Shown here: piece by piece, positions 17,456 through 26,407 of the stretch | Numbering within the stretch: the first letter of the stretch is position 1 | Layout: each line of letters starts with the position of its first letter | Source of the DNA: an uncultured Candidatus Saccharibacteria bacterium | Lineage (GTDB): Bacteria; Patescibacteriota; Minisyncoccia; Minisyncoccales; JANBVM01 | Length of the DNA: 51,911 nucleotides | Assembly (NCBI GenBank): GCA_964435835.1 | Contig: CAYSZX010000003.1 | Span: forward strand, 1-51,911 | Direction of reading: 5' to 3' | Made by a program: the position numbers and the translations under genes | Notes under the pieces: model-generated | The model's database searches: none | What the model was told of the DNA's origin: nothing | What the model saw: only the letters and a program-made list of their open reading frames with translations

Positions 17456-18364
17456 ATGTTTGAATCTATTAAAAGAATATTTGGTTTGGGATGGAAGATG
17501 TTTTTGAGAGAAAAAGGAATTACGGTGGCAACTGTATTTGTTTTGTTTTTGGTTATTAACTTGATAGGTGGTCTTTTTCTACTGAAAGATATGGGGACTT
17601 TCTTGATTCAGAACGTTGAAGATAAGGTTGATATCTCTGTTTATTTTAAGCAGTCAGCTAGCGAAGATGAAATCTTAACTATTAAGAAGAAAATTGTTGA
17701 TTTTCCTGAAGTTAAAAGAGCTGAATATATTTCTCAAGATAAGGCTTTAAATCAATTTACTGAAAGACATAAAAGTGATTTTAGTTTAATAGAGTCAATC
17801 GAAGAATTAGGAATGAATCCTTTTTTAGCTTCTTTAAATGTACAAGCTAAAAACCCAAGCCAGTATGAAAAAGTTTATGCTTTTTTATCTAATTTAGAAA
17901 CTGGTGATATTATTGAAAAGATTGACTATTATCAAAGGGAAACTGTTATTCAGAAGATCCACGCTTTAAGCTCTCAATTAAGTCAGGCTGGTCTTTATTT
18001 GGCTATTATCTTGTTTATAGTTGCAGTAATAGTTACTTTAAATACAGTCAGATTGTCTATTTATAATTCCAAAAAAGAAATTGAAATTCAGAAATTAGTT
18101 GGAGCCTCAAATTGGTTTATTAAAGCTCCTTTTCTGATCCAGGGAATGTTGTGTGGGGTGACTGCTTCAATTATTTCTTTTTTATGTCTTGCTTTTGCTT
18201 GTTGGTTTTTTAATCCTCAGATTAGAAATTTATTTCTTGATTTTAATCTTTATAACTTATTTATGAGCGAAGTCTGGACTTTGTTAGGAATTCAAGTTAT
18301 GGTGGGAATATTACTGGGAGTAATCTCTAGCAATATTGCGGTTAAGAAATATTTGAAAGTTTGA
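17456..18364 (+). CDS. ftsX: Cell division permease FtsX
   Basis: 4 TM with large extracellular loop; NTVRLSIY..KKEIEIQKLVGASNWFIKAPF. Confidence 0.92.
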   Translation: MFESIKRIFGLGWKMFLREKGITVATVFVLFLVINLIGGLFLLKDMGTFLIQNVEDKVDISVYFKQSASEDEILTIKKKIVDFPEVKRAEYISQDKALNQFTERHKSDFSLIESIEELGMNPFLASLNVQAKNPSQYEKVYAFLSNLETGDIIEKIDYYQRETVIQKIHALSSQLSQAGLYLAIILFIVAVIVTLNTVRLSIYNSKKEIEIQKLVGASNWFIKAPFLIQGMLCGVTASIISFLCLAFACWFFNPQIRNLFLDFNLYNLFMSEVWTLLGIQVMVGILLGVISSNIAVKKYLKV

Positions 18365-18435
18365 TCGGAGGTCGTCTAATGGTAGGACGCTAGGTTCTGG
18401 CCCTGGTAATTGGGGTTCGAGTCCCTGCCTCCGAA
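18365..18435 (+). tRNA. tRNA-Gln(CTG)
   Basis: Acceptor TCGGAGG/CCTCCGA (U1:A72); anticodon loop TTCTGGC; T loop TTCGAGT. Confidence 0.92.
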
Positions 18436-18510
18436 CATTTTAGAAGCTGCTTGGCTCAAAACAAGTGGTTTTCTTTTTTAAATTTTATTATAATAATTAA
18501 AGTAGAGGAT

Positions 18511-18700
18511 ATGGATTATTCTGATTTTGTAAAAGATGACAAGACAATTTCAGCAGTTATACGAAAACTTTGAGATTGTTAGAAAAGCGGCAAAGAGAAT
18601 CCCCAACAGGGTAAAAAAAGACTATCCTCAAATACCCTGGAAAGATATGGCAGGGACTCGAACATTAATTGGAGAATTAAACTTAAGACGATTGTCTTAA
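18511..18700 (+). pseudogene. HepT-like (DUF86/HEPN) RNase toxin relic
   Basis: MDYSDFVKDDKTISAVIRKL, +1 shift at 18571, then EIVRKAAKRIPNRVKKDYPQIPWKDMAGTR; matches the DUF86 core, but both ends and the catalytic His are missing. Confidence 0.8.
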
Positions 18701-18753
18701 GTTCTTGACTTTTTAAGGTTATTTTATTAGTCTTCCAGTGGAGGTCTTTAAAA

Positions 18754-19377
18754 ATGAAAATTAAAAAGAAAATAAAGAAATTCATTAGGCAGAAACTAAA
18801 AAATGAATTTTTTGAAAATGAAATTATTGAAAAAGTATTTCATAAGATAAAGAGGGAATACGGAGAAAAATTAATGATTTTTGAACCACCTGCTTTGTCT
18901 TTAATAGCGGATGACTCCGATTACCATCGAACTAGGCGAGGATATATGAAGTATGAATCAATTGCTTTTTGCAAGATAGAGGGTTCTTGGTTTGTATTAG
19001 GGCAAGGAGAGGCCTGGGGAAGTTATCCAGCTGATCCTTATTCGGTTGATATTTTAGCTGTACCAATATCTTCTGGTGAAATAAAAAAACAGGAGATGAA
19101 AAAAGTAATTGAAAGAAGAATAAATGCTTTTTTTAAGTTTTCAATAATTGCTAGTAAAAGATCAGGGGCGATGTTTATTGGTAAGTACTGGGAAAAAAAG
19201 ATTAAAATATCGAAAGAGCGGTTTTCAAGCTTTATTCAAGAAGCTAGTGAAAGAGCAAATGATCTTTTCACGATTGAAGAATATGATATGGTACCTATCT
19301 TAGTATCGCCGAGCAAATATAAAAAGGAACTTGCTCTTTATCTTTTTCAAAAAATAGAGGAAGCTCTAACTTTATAA
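18754..19377 (+). CDS. Hypothetical protein
   Basis: 207-aa ORF with GGAGGT RBS and downstream hairpin/T run; no family recognised. Confidence 0.75.
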   Translation: MKIKKKIKKFIRQKLKNEFFENEIIEKVFHKIKREYGEKLMIFEPPALSLIADDSDYHRTRRGYMKYESIAFCKIEGSWFVLGQGEAWGSYPADPYSVDILAVPISSGEIKKQEMKKVIERRINAFFKFSIIASKRSGAMFIGKYWEKKIKISKERFSSFIQEASERANDLFTIEEYDMVPILVSPSKYKKELALYLFQKIEEALTL

Positions 19378-19489
19378 TTTTTTGAGAGTAAAAACTCTCA
19401 TTTTTTTTATTTATCTTTTTTATTTGCTATTATTATTGTATAAATAAAAACAATAAGATTTGAGATTTACATTAATTATATTTTTTTAA

Positions 19490-20242
19490 ATGTTTAATTT
19501 AATTATAGCAGCGGCTTTACAAGGAGTTTTGGAGTGGTTACCAGTGAGTAGTGAAGGAATTGTTACTCTTTCATTGGGCTTTCTTAATTACTCTTTCAAA
19601 GAAGGAATGAATATCGCTTTATTTCTCCATTTAGGAACTTTAATTGCCAGTTTATCTTTCTTCCGTCAGGAAATCTTTGCTTTTTTTAAACTAAAGAAAA
19701 AGAATCTTTTATCTTTTGTTCTTTTGTCGGGAATTGTTTCGTCTTTGTTGGGTTTGCCAGCTTACTTGTTTCTTCAGGAGATTAACTTTAATCATGTTTT
19801 AGGCCAGGCTTTAATAGGTTCAGCTTTAATGATTACAGGGTTTTTGCAATTAAAAAGAAAAGAGAAAGGGGAAAGACAAGCTAAAAGCATTAACAAGAAA
19901 GATGGGTTATTAACTGGTCTAGCTCAGGCCTTTTCTGTTTTACCGGGAATAAGTAGAAGTGGGATCACAACAATTATTCTAAATTGGAGAGGTTTTGATA
20001 TTAAAAATGCTTTAAAGTTAAGTTTTTTGTGTGGTATTATTCCTATTTTTGGGGCTCAATTATTTACTGGGCTTAAAGAGGGTTTCTTTTTTCAGCCAAA
20101 ATATTTAATTCTTACTTTAGTTTCTTTTATTGTCGGGAGAATTAGCATCGGTTATTTATTGGAAGTTGCGGAAAGAATTAATTTTGGAAAGTTTTGCTTG
20201 TTTTTTGGTTTTTTGAATATTATTTTAATCTTTTTTATTTAA
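19490..20242 (+). CDS. uppP: Undecaprenyl-diphosphate phosphatase
   Basis: QGVLEWLPVSSEG, LHLGT, PGISRSG motifs. Confidence 0.9.
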   Translation: MFNLIIAAALQGVLEWLPVSSEGIVTLSLGFLNYSFKEGMNIALFLHLGTLIASLSFFRQEIFAFFKLKKKNLLSFVLLSGIVSSLLGLPAYLFLQEINFNHVLGQALIGSALMITGFLQLKRKEKGERQAKSINKKDGLLTGLAQAFSVLPGISRSGITTIILNWRGFDIKNALKLSFLCGIIPIFGAQLFTGLKEGFFFQPKYLILTLVSFIVGRISIGYLLEVAERINFGKFCLFFGFLNIILIFFI

Positions 20243-20875
20243 ATGTATTTATTTTTTGATACCGAAACAACTGGGTTACCATTAGATTGGAAGGCTCCAA
20301 TTACTGATTTAAAAAACTGGCCTCGTTTAGTCCAGATAGCCTGGTCTCGTTATGATAGTTCGGGAAATAAGATATCGGAGAAAGATTATATTGTTAAACC
20401 TGATGGTTTCACGATCCCTAAATTTTCTACTGCTGTTCATAAGATAACAACTGAAAAGGCAATAAAAGAAGGTGTTAATTTAGAAAAATCATTAAGAGAA
20501 TTTGCCCAGGATATTAGAAATGTTAAGTTTTTGGTTGCTCATAATATGGAATTTGATAGTAAAGTGGTAGGTGCCGAGTTTTTAAGAAAAGAAATTGAAA
20601 ATAATTTATCTGATCTTCCTAAGATAGATACAATGAAAGAATCTGTTGATTTTTGTAAAATAGAAAGTCCAAGAGGTTATAAATGGCCAACCTTATCTGA
20701 GCTTTATAGAAAGCTTTTTGGAGAAGATTTTGATAATGCTCATAATGCTTATTTTGATATTTCTGCTTGCGCTAAATGTTTTTTTGAATTAAAAAAATTG
20801 AATGTTTTTGATAATGAAAAAATAGCTGAAAAGGAAGAAGAGTATATCCAGGAAAGGAATATAAAATTAATTTAA
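20243..20875 (+). CDS. DEDDh 3'-5' exonuclease (DnaQ-like)
   Basis: FFDTETTG, AHNMEFD, IDTM, AHNAYFD. Confidence 0.9.
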   Translation: MYLFFDTETTGLPLDWKAPITDLKNWPRLVQIAWSRYDSSGNKISEKDYIVKPDGFTIPKFSTAVHKITTEKAIKEGVNLEKSLREFAQDIRNVKFLVAHNMEFDSKVVGAEFLRKEIENNLSDLPKIDTMKESVDFCKIESPRGYKWPTLSELYRKLFGEDFDNAHNAYFDISACAKCFFELKKLNVFDNEKIAEKEEEYIQERNIKLI

Positions 20876-20884
20876 CTTTTCCTA

Positions 20885-20912
20885 TTGACATTATTTTTCT
20901 GTTTTATATAAT
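20885..20912 (+). promoter_or_regulatory. Consensus sigma70 promoter for the poly-Asp ORF
   Basis: TTGACA-16 nt-TATAAT. Confidence 0.7.
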
Positions 20913-20979
20913 TCTTTTAATTCTACTTTTCAAGTAGAAAAAAACGGTCGATGTTTTTTAAAAAAATAATTAAAAAAAC

Positions 20980-21201
20980 ATGGTTACAAAAAGTAACTTA
21001 AATTATTTTTTGAATCAAGTGGTTGGATTCATTGATGAAGAAGACGAGGCTTTTTACGAGGGTGATCTTGATAAAGAGGTAAGACTTGAAGATGAGGATG
21101 ACGATGATGATTTTGATGACGACGATGATGATTTTGATGACGACGATGATGATTTTGATGACGACGATGATGACGACGACGATGATGACGACGACTACTA
21201 A
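20980..21201 (+). CDS. Small, extremely acidic poly-Asp protein (73 aa)
   Basis: ORF flanked by its own promoter and terminator; mixed GAT/GAC codons. Confidence 0.7.
   Translation: MVTKSNLNYFLNQVVGFIDEEDEAFYEGDLDKEVRLEDEDDDDDFDDDDDDFDDDDDDFDDDDDDDDDDDDDY
21112..21174 (+). repeat. 21-bp coding tandem repeat x3 (FDDDDDD)
   Basis: TTTGATGACGACGATGATGA(T/C) repeated three times. Confidence 0.9.
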
Positions 21202-21227
21202 GAAGAATCAAAAATAATCTGAAAAGA

Positions 21228-21262
21228 GAAAGGAGCGCTATTAGTTTTTAGCGCTCCTTTTA
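21228..21262 (+). terminator. Intrinsic terminator
   Basis: AAAGGAGCGCTA-loop-TAGCGCTCCTTT. Confidence 0.8.
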
Positions 21263-21400
21263 TAATTGTAAAAATAGAATCATTTTTGTTTTTATGATAA
21301 TATTCATTTAATGGGTAAGAAAAAACCAAACTTATATTGATAGTAAAATAATAATTGCTATTAATAAGGATATATAAACTTTTAAATATGATAAATAATT

Positions 21401-22828
21401 ATGGCCTTGACTAAAATTATTGCTACTGTTGGCCCTTCTTGTAGAAAAGTTGAAACTTTGGTTTCTCTTATTAAAGCAGGAGTGAGAGTTTTTCGTTTTA
21501 ACTTAAAACATGGTAGTTATGTCTGGCACAGCCAGTGCATTGAAAATGTTAAGGAAGCTTCTCAAAAAATAAATGAGCCAGTAGGCGTTCTTTTGGACTT
21601 TCAAGGCCTAAATATAAGAATAGGAGATTTGGAAGATGATATTAAGATAGAAAGGGGAGACAAAGTTAATTTTGTTAAAAAGCAAGATTCATCTGAGAAT
21701 AATATTGTAGTTTCTAATAGTTTTTTTTCAGCAGATCTTTCAAAAAATCAGAAGATATTTATAGATGATGGAAAAATAGAATTAAAAGTCTTAAAAAGTA
21801 AAGGAGAAACTTGTCAGGCTGAAGTTATAAGAGGGGGATTGGTAAAAAGCAATAAAGGAATTAATATACCGGGAGCAAAAGTGGATTTGCCCTCTTTATT
21901 AGAAAAAGATATTCAGGATTTGTCTTTAGTTTCTAAATATGAAGTTGATTTTATTGCTCTTTCTTTTGTCAGAAATAAAGAAGATATAGAATTGCTAAGA
22001 AAATATATTGAGAAGCATTCTTTATCAGTCAAGGTTTTAGCTAAGATAGAAAATCGGCAGGCTTTAGAGAATTTTGATGAAATTCTAGATGTTTCTGATG
22101 GTATTATGATTGCTCGAGGAGATTTAGGAATAGAGATTCCTTTAGAGCAAGTTCCTTATTACCAAAAAGAAATTATTAAAAAATGTGCTGAAATTGGTAA
22201 ACCTGTTATTACAGCTACTCAGATGTTGGACTCTATGACTCATCATGCTATTCCTTCGAGAGCGGAGGTTTCTGATGTGGCGAATGCTATTCTTGATTAT
22301 ACTGATGCGATAATGCTTTCTCAGGAAACGGCAATAGGAAAGTATCCTTTAGAAACAGTTAAGGCCATGGAAAGAATAGCTTCTTTTTGGGAAAAGAAAA
22401 GACCTCCTGTTTCAGGATTTGATTTCCAGTTAAATCATCAAACAGCAGCAATTTGTCGTTCTGCTTATAATCTTTGGAGCTCTCCTTTTTGTCAGAAAGA
22501 AAACGTTAAGGCCTTTGTGGTAATGACGGAAACAGGAATGACTGCTCGAATGCTTTCTCGTCTTCGACCCACTCTACCTATTATTGCCCTAACTAATAAG
22601 GATAAAATTAAAGAGCAACTTTGTCTTTCTTATGGTGTTTATCCTTTAATTTTGGAGTACAAGACGAAAATGTATCAACAAAAAGATGTTGCTGATATTA
22701 AACTTCTTTTAGATAGAGTTAAAGAGACTAATTATATAGAGAAAGGAGATAAGGTAATTGTTGTTTATGGTGAAGACTGGGGAACTCCGGGAAAAACTTC
22801 AATTATGAGAATTCAGGAAGTTTTATAG
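21401..22828 (+). CDS. pyk: Pyruvate kinase
   Basis: TKIIATVGPS, FRFNLKHG, AKIE, IMIARGDLG, ATQMLDSM, DAIMLS.ETA.GKYP. Confidence 0.97.
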   Translation: MALTKIIATVGPSCRKVETLVSLIKAGVRVFRFNLKHGSYVWHSQCIENVKEASQKINEPVGVLLDFQGLNIRIGDLEDDIKIERGDKVNFVKKQDSSENNIVVSNSFFSADLSKNQKIFIDDGKIELKVLKSKGETCQAEVIRGGLVKSNKGINIPGAKVDLPSLLEKDIQDLSLVSKYEVDFIALSFVRNKEDIELLRKYIEKHSLSVKVLAKIENRQALENFDEILDVSDGIMIARGDLGIEIPLEQVPYYQKEIIKKCAEIGKPVITATQMLDSMTHHAIPSRAEVSDVANAILDYTDAIMLSQETAIGKYPLETVKAMERIASFWEKKRPPVSGFDFQLNHQTAAICRSAYNLWSSPFCQKENVKAFVVMTETGMTARMLSRLRPTLPIIALTNKDKIKEQLCLSYGVYPLILEYKTKMYQQKDVADIKLLLDRVKETNYIEKGDKVIVVYGEDWGTPGKTSIMRIQEVL

Positions 22829-22903
22829 CACGTTATTAAAACAAGGTTTTTTAGAATCCTTGTTTTTGTTTATGAAAAAAGAAGTTTGTGCCATAATTTA
22901 ATA

Positions 22904-25738
22904 ATGGAATTTGATTTAAAAAATTTAAATCAAGAGCAGAAAAAAGCCGTTACTTTTGGTGGGGGCCCTCTTTTGATAATAGCTGGAGCGGGGACGGGAA
23001 AAACAATGACTCTTATTTACAGAATGGCTTATCTTATTAAAGAAAAAGGAGTAAAACCTGGAGAAATTCTAGCTTTAACTTTTACTGATAAAGCAGCCCA
23101 GGAAATGGAAGACAGAGTTAATGATATCTTACCTAATAGTTATGGCGATCTTTGGGTTTCTACCTTTCATGTTTTTTGTGAAAGTGTTTTACGGGAAAAT
23201 GGTTTAGATATTGGTTTACCGACTAACTTTAAATTGCTGGACGATACTAGTAGTTGGCTTTTAATTAAAAAGAATTTAGATAAATTTGATTTGGATTATT
23301 ATAAGCCATTGGCTAATCCGACTAGACTTATTCATGGTTTAGTGAAACATTTTAATGATTGTAAGGATCAGTTTATTTTTCCAGAAGATTACTTGAAGTA
23401 TGTTAAAAAAGTAAAGAGGGAAGATAAGAAAAGAATTAAGGAAGTTGCTAATGCTTATAAAACCTATCAAAAAATTCTTCTAGAAAATGATTTATTAGAT
23501 TTTGGCGATTTAATTAATTATGCTTTAAAGATTTTTAAAAAGAGACCTTTAATTTTAAAAAGATATAGGGAAAAATATGAATATCTTTTGATTGACGAAT
23601 TTCAGGATATCAATTGGTCGCAGTATGAATTAATTAAAATTTTAGCTCGGCCAGAAAATAATGTTACTGTCTCAAGTGATGATGATCAGTCTATTTTTCA
23701 ATTTAGGGGGGCTTCTTTTGATAATGTTTTTAGATTTGAAGAAGATTTTCCTAAAACTAAACAGGTAGTTTTAACAAAGAATTATCGTTCAACTCAGGAT
23801 ATTTTGGATTTAAGTTATAAGTTTATTCAACAAAATAATCCTCATCGATTAGAACATTCTAAAGGGGTTAGTAAAAAACTAAAGAGTACGGTAGGCAAAA
23901 AAGGGATAATTAAACATTTACATTTTAATACTTTGGAGCAGGAGGTTAGGGGTGTTATTGAAAAAATTGATGAAATTTTAAAAAACGATAAAAAGGCCGA
24001 ACTCGGTGATTTTGCTATTTTAATTAGAAAAAATAGCTCAGCTGAACCTTTTTCTAGAGCTTTAGAAAGATATAATATTCCTTATAAATTTATTGCCTTG
24101 AAAGGGCTTTATTCAAAATCAGTTATTTTAGATGTTATTTCTTATTTTAAACTTTTAGATAATTATCATGAAAGTAAGTCTTTGTATCGGGTTTTAACTT
24201 TTCCTTTTTTTGATATTCCCATTGAAGATATAGCTACTATTAATTCTTTTAGTAAAAGAAAATCGCAATCTACTTTTGAGACTTTAAAAAACATTAATTT
24301 AATAAGTAATAAGCTTTCTAAAAAAACAATCAAAAAAATTGAATTTATTTTAGATTTGTTAGAAAAGCATAGCTTATTGGCTACGAAAAGAAATGTTTCC
24401 GAAGTTTTTGTTTCGTTTTTGAGAGATTCTGGCTATTTAAAGTATTTAACTGAGCAAAAAGTTCTTGAAGACTTTAATTATATCAATCAATTTTATGAAA
24501 AACTTAAGGCTTTTGAGGAGTCTAATTTAGATCCAAGATTAAAGAATTTTATGGTAGAGCTAGAGTTAGAACTAGAATCGGGCGAAACAGGAAACTTAGA
24601 ATTTAATCCTGAACTAGGCTTGGACATTGTAAAAATTATGACTATTCACAACGCTAAGGGTTTAGAGTTTAAATATGTTTTTTTGGTTAATTTAGTTAAC
24701 AGGGTTTTTCCTTCAGACAATAGAAGAAATCCGATTGAAATTCCTGAAGAGTTAAGAAAAGATAGCTTTTTAGCAAAAAAAAGTCATTTAGAAGAGGAGA
24801 GAAGGCTATTTTACGTAGGAATGACTAGAGCTGAAAAAGGCTTGTTTTTTACCTCAGCTGAAAACTACAAAGGTTTAAAAAGAAAAAAGAAAATATCACG
24901 ATTTTTAAAGGAATTAGGTTTTGAAGGCAAGGAGAAGGTTGAGGTTAAGGAAGAAGAAATTACTCAAAAGAAAGAAACAAGAAAAAGAAAAGTTAATTTA
25001 AAATTACCTTCTTATTTTTCTTTTTCTCAATTAAAGGCTTTTGATGTTTGTCCTTTGCAGTATAAATTTGCCCATGTCTTAAAAGTTCCTCGTTCAGGGA
25101 AAGCAGTATTTAGTTATGGTAAAACAATGCATGATACTTTAAGTAGATTTGTTTCCGATTTTCTTAAGGAAAAAAGAGACTTTAAATATTTATTAAAAAT
25201 TTATGAGGAAGAATGGGTGGATGATTGGTATTTTGACAAAGAACAAAGAGAAAAGTATTTTGAAAAAGGAAGAAAATCTCTTAAACTGTTCTATAATAAT
25301 TTCTTAAAAAGAAAACCTTCTATTTTAGTTAAAAACGAAACCCCCTTTTTAGAGAAAAAATTTAATTTGAAAATAGGAGATTATGATTTAATTGGTAAAA
25401 TAGACAGAGTTGATAAAGTTAAAGGGGGAGTAGAGATTATTGATTACAAAACAGGAAAAGCTAAAGATAAATTAAGAGCTAAGGATAAGAAGCAATTACT
25501 TATTTATCAAATTGCTGCCCAGGAAGCCTTCGATTTGAATGTTAAAAAATTAACTTTTTACTTTTTAGATAAAGGTAAAAGACTTTCTTTCTTGGGTTCT
25601 GATGAAAATATCGAAAAAGAAAGAAAGAAAATTGTTTCTGAGATTGAAGAGATTAAAAAGAAAAAATTTGAACCTGATCCTGGCTGGAATTGTAAATATT
25701 GTGATTTCCAGGATATTTGTAAATATGCTCAAAAATAA
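22904..25738 (+). CDS. UvrD/PcrA-family helicase fused to a C-terminal PD-(D/E)XK nuclease with 4-Cys cluster
   Basis: AGAGTGKT, DEFQD, NYRS, TIHNAKGLEF, EERRLFYVGMTRA; GKIDRVD...IIDYKTG; CP...CKYCDFQDIC. Confidence 0.93.
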   Translation: MEFDLKNLNQEQKKAVTFGGGPLLIIAGAGTGKTMTLIYRMAYLIKEKGVKPGEILALTFTDKAAQEMEDRVNDILPNSYGDLWVSTFHVFCESVLRENGLDIGLPTNFKLLDDTSSWLLIKKNLDKFDLDYYKPLANPTRLIHGLVKHFNDCKDQFIFPEDYLKYVKKVKREDKKRIKEVANAYKTYQKILLENDLLDFGDLINYALKIFKKRPLILKRYREKYEYLLIDEFQDINWSQYELIKILARPENNVTVSSDDDQSIFQFRGASFDNVFRFEEDFPKTKQVVLTKNYRSTQDILDLSYKFIQQNNPHRLEHSKGVSKKLKSTVGKKGIIKHLHFNTLEQEVRGVIEKIDEILKNDKKAELGDFAILIRKNSSAEPFSRALERYNIPYKFIALKGLYSKSVILDVISYFKLLDNYHESKSLYRVLTFPFFDIPIEDIATINSFSKRKSQSTFETLKNINLISNKLSKKTIKKIEFILDLLEKHSLLATKRNVSEVFVSFLRDSGYLKYLTEQKVLEDFNYINQFYEKLKAFEESNLDPRLKNFMVELELELESGETGNLEFNPELGLDIVKIMTIHNAKGLEFKYVFLVNLVNRVFPSDNRRNPIEIPEELRKDSFLAKKSHLEEERRLFYVGMTRAEKGLFFTSAENYKGLKRKKKISRFLKELGFEGKEKVEVKEEEITQKKETRKRKVNLKLPSYFSFSQLKAFDVCPLQYKFAHVLKVPRSGKAVFSYGKTMHDTLSRFVSDFLKEKRDFKYLLKIYEEEWVDDWYFDKEQREKYFEKGRKSLKLFYNNFLKRKPSILVKNETPFLEKKFNLKIGDYDLIGKIDRVDKVKGGVEIIDYKTGKAKDKLRAKDKKQLLIYQIAAQEAFDLNVKKLTFYFLDKGKRLSFLGSDENIEKERKKIVSEIEEIKKKKFEPDPGWNCKYCDFQDICKYAQK

Positions 25739-25739
25739 T

Positions 25740-26357
25740 ATGAATCTTGTTAATTCTTTAATTAAACAAGGGTGGTTAAAAACAGACAGAATTATTAAAG
25801 CTTTTAAAAAAATTAAAAGAGTTGATTTTATGCCTGAAGATTTAAAGAATTCAGCTCAATTAAACAAAGCTTTGCCTATTGGGAAAGGACAGACAATTTC
25901 CCAGCCTTTAGTTGTTGCTTTTATGTTGGAACTTTTAAAACCTGAAAAAGGGGATAAGATTCTGGATATTGGTTCAGGTTCTGGTTACACTTCGGCTCTT
26001 TTAGGAGAAATTGTTGGCCCTGAAGGAGAAATAATAGCCATTGAATTAATTCCTGAATTAAAAGAGTTTGGAGAAAAAAATACTTCTAAATATAATTTTG
26101 TGGAGAAGGGAAGAGTTCGATTTATTTGCGCTGACGGGACTAAAGGTTACAAAGAAAAGGCCCCTTTTGATAAGATTTTAGCTTCGGCTTCGGCTCAAAA
26201 CAACATTCCTTCTGCTTGGAAGAAACAAGTAAAGACAAAAGGTAGAATAGTGTCTCCTGCTGGTGCTTCAATTTATCTTTTAATTAAGGAAAAGGAAGGA
26301 GAATTCAAAACTAAAGAACATCCAGGGTTTGCTTTTGTTCCTTTAAAGGAAAAGTAA
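25740..26357 (+). CDS. pcm: Protein-L-isoaspartate O-methyltransferase
   Basis: LPIGKGQTISQP, LDIGSGSGY, DGTKGY...APFDKI, FVPL; start placed at ATG 25740. Confidence 0.93.
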   Translation: MNLVNSLIKQGWLKTDRIIKAFKKIKRVDFMPEDLKNSAQLNKALPIGKGQTISQPLVVAFMLELLKPEKGDKILDIGSGSGYTSALLGEIVGPEGEIIAIELIPELKEFGEKNTSKYNFVEKGRVRFICADGTKGYKEKAPFDKILASASAQNNIPSAWKKQVKTKGRIVSPAGASIYLLIKEKEGEFKTKEHPGFAFVPLKEK

Positions 26358-26407
26358 TTGTTGATAATTTTGGTAATTTATTTTATTATTCGGATAGGTG
26401 GTTAAAA

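Noticed and set aside
18568..18574. prfB-like programmed frameshift (CTT-TGA) in the DUF86 fragment
   Set aside because: No upstream SD-like element, and the product would still lack its ends and catalytic His; a 1-bp insertion in a pseudogene is simpler
21091..21198. Tandem repeats as a CRISPR array
   Set aside because: No unique spacers and no cas genes; it is an in-frame coding repeat
22904..25738. Helicase-nuclease fusion as a novel defence system
   Set aside because: UvrD plus PD-(D/E)XK fusions are a known repair-type architecture, and this one sits among housekeeping genes
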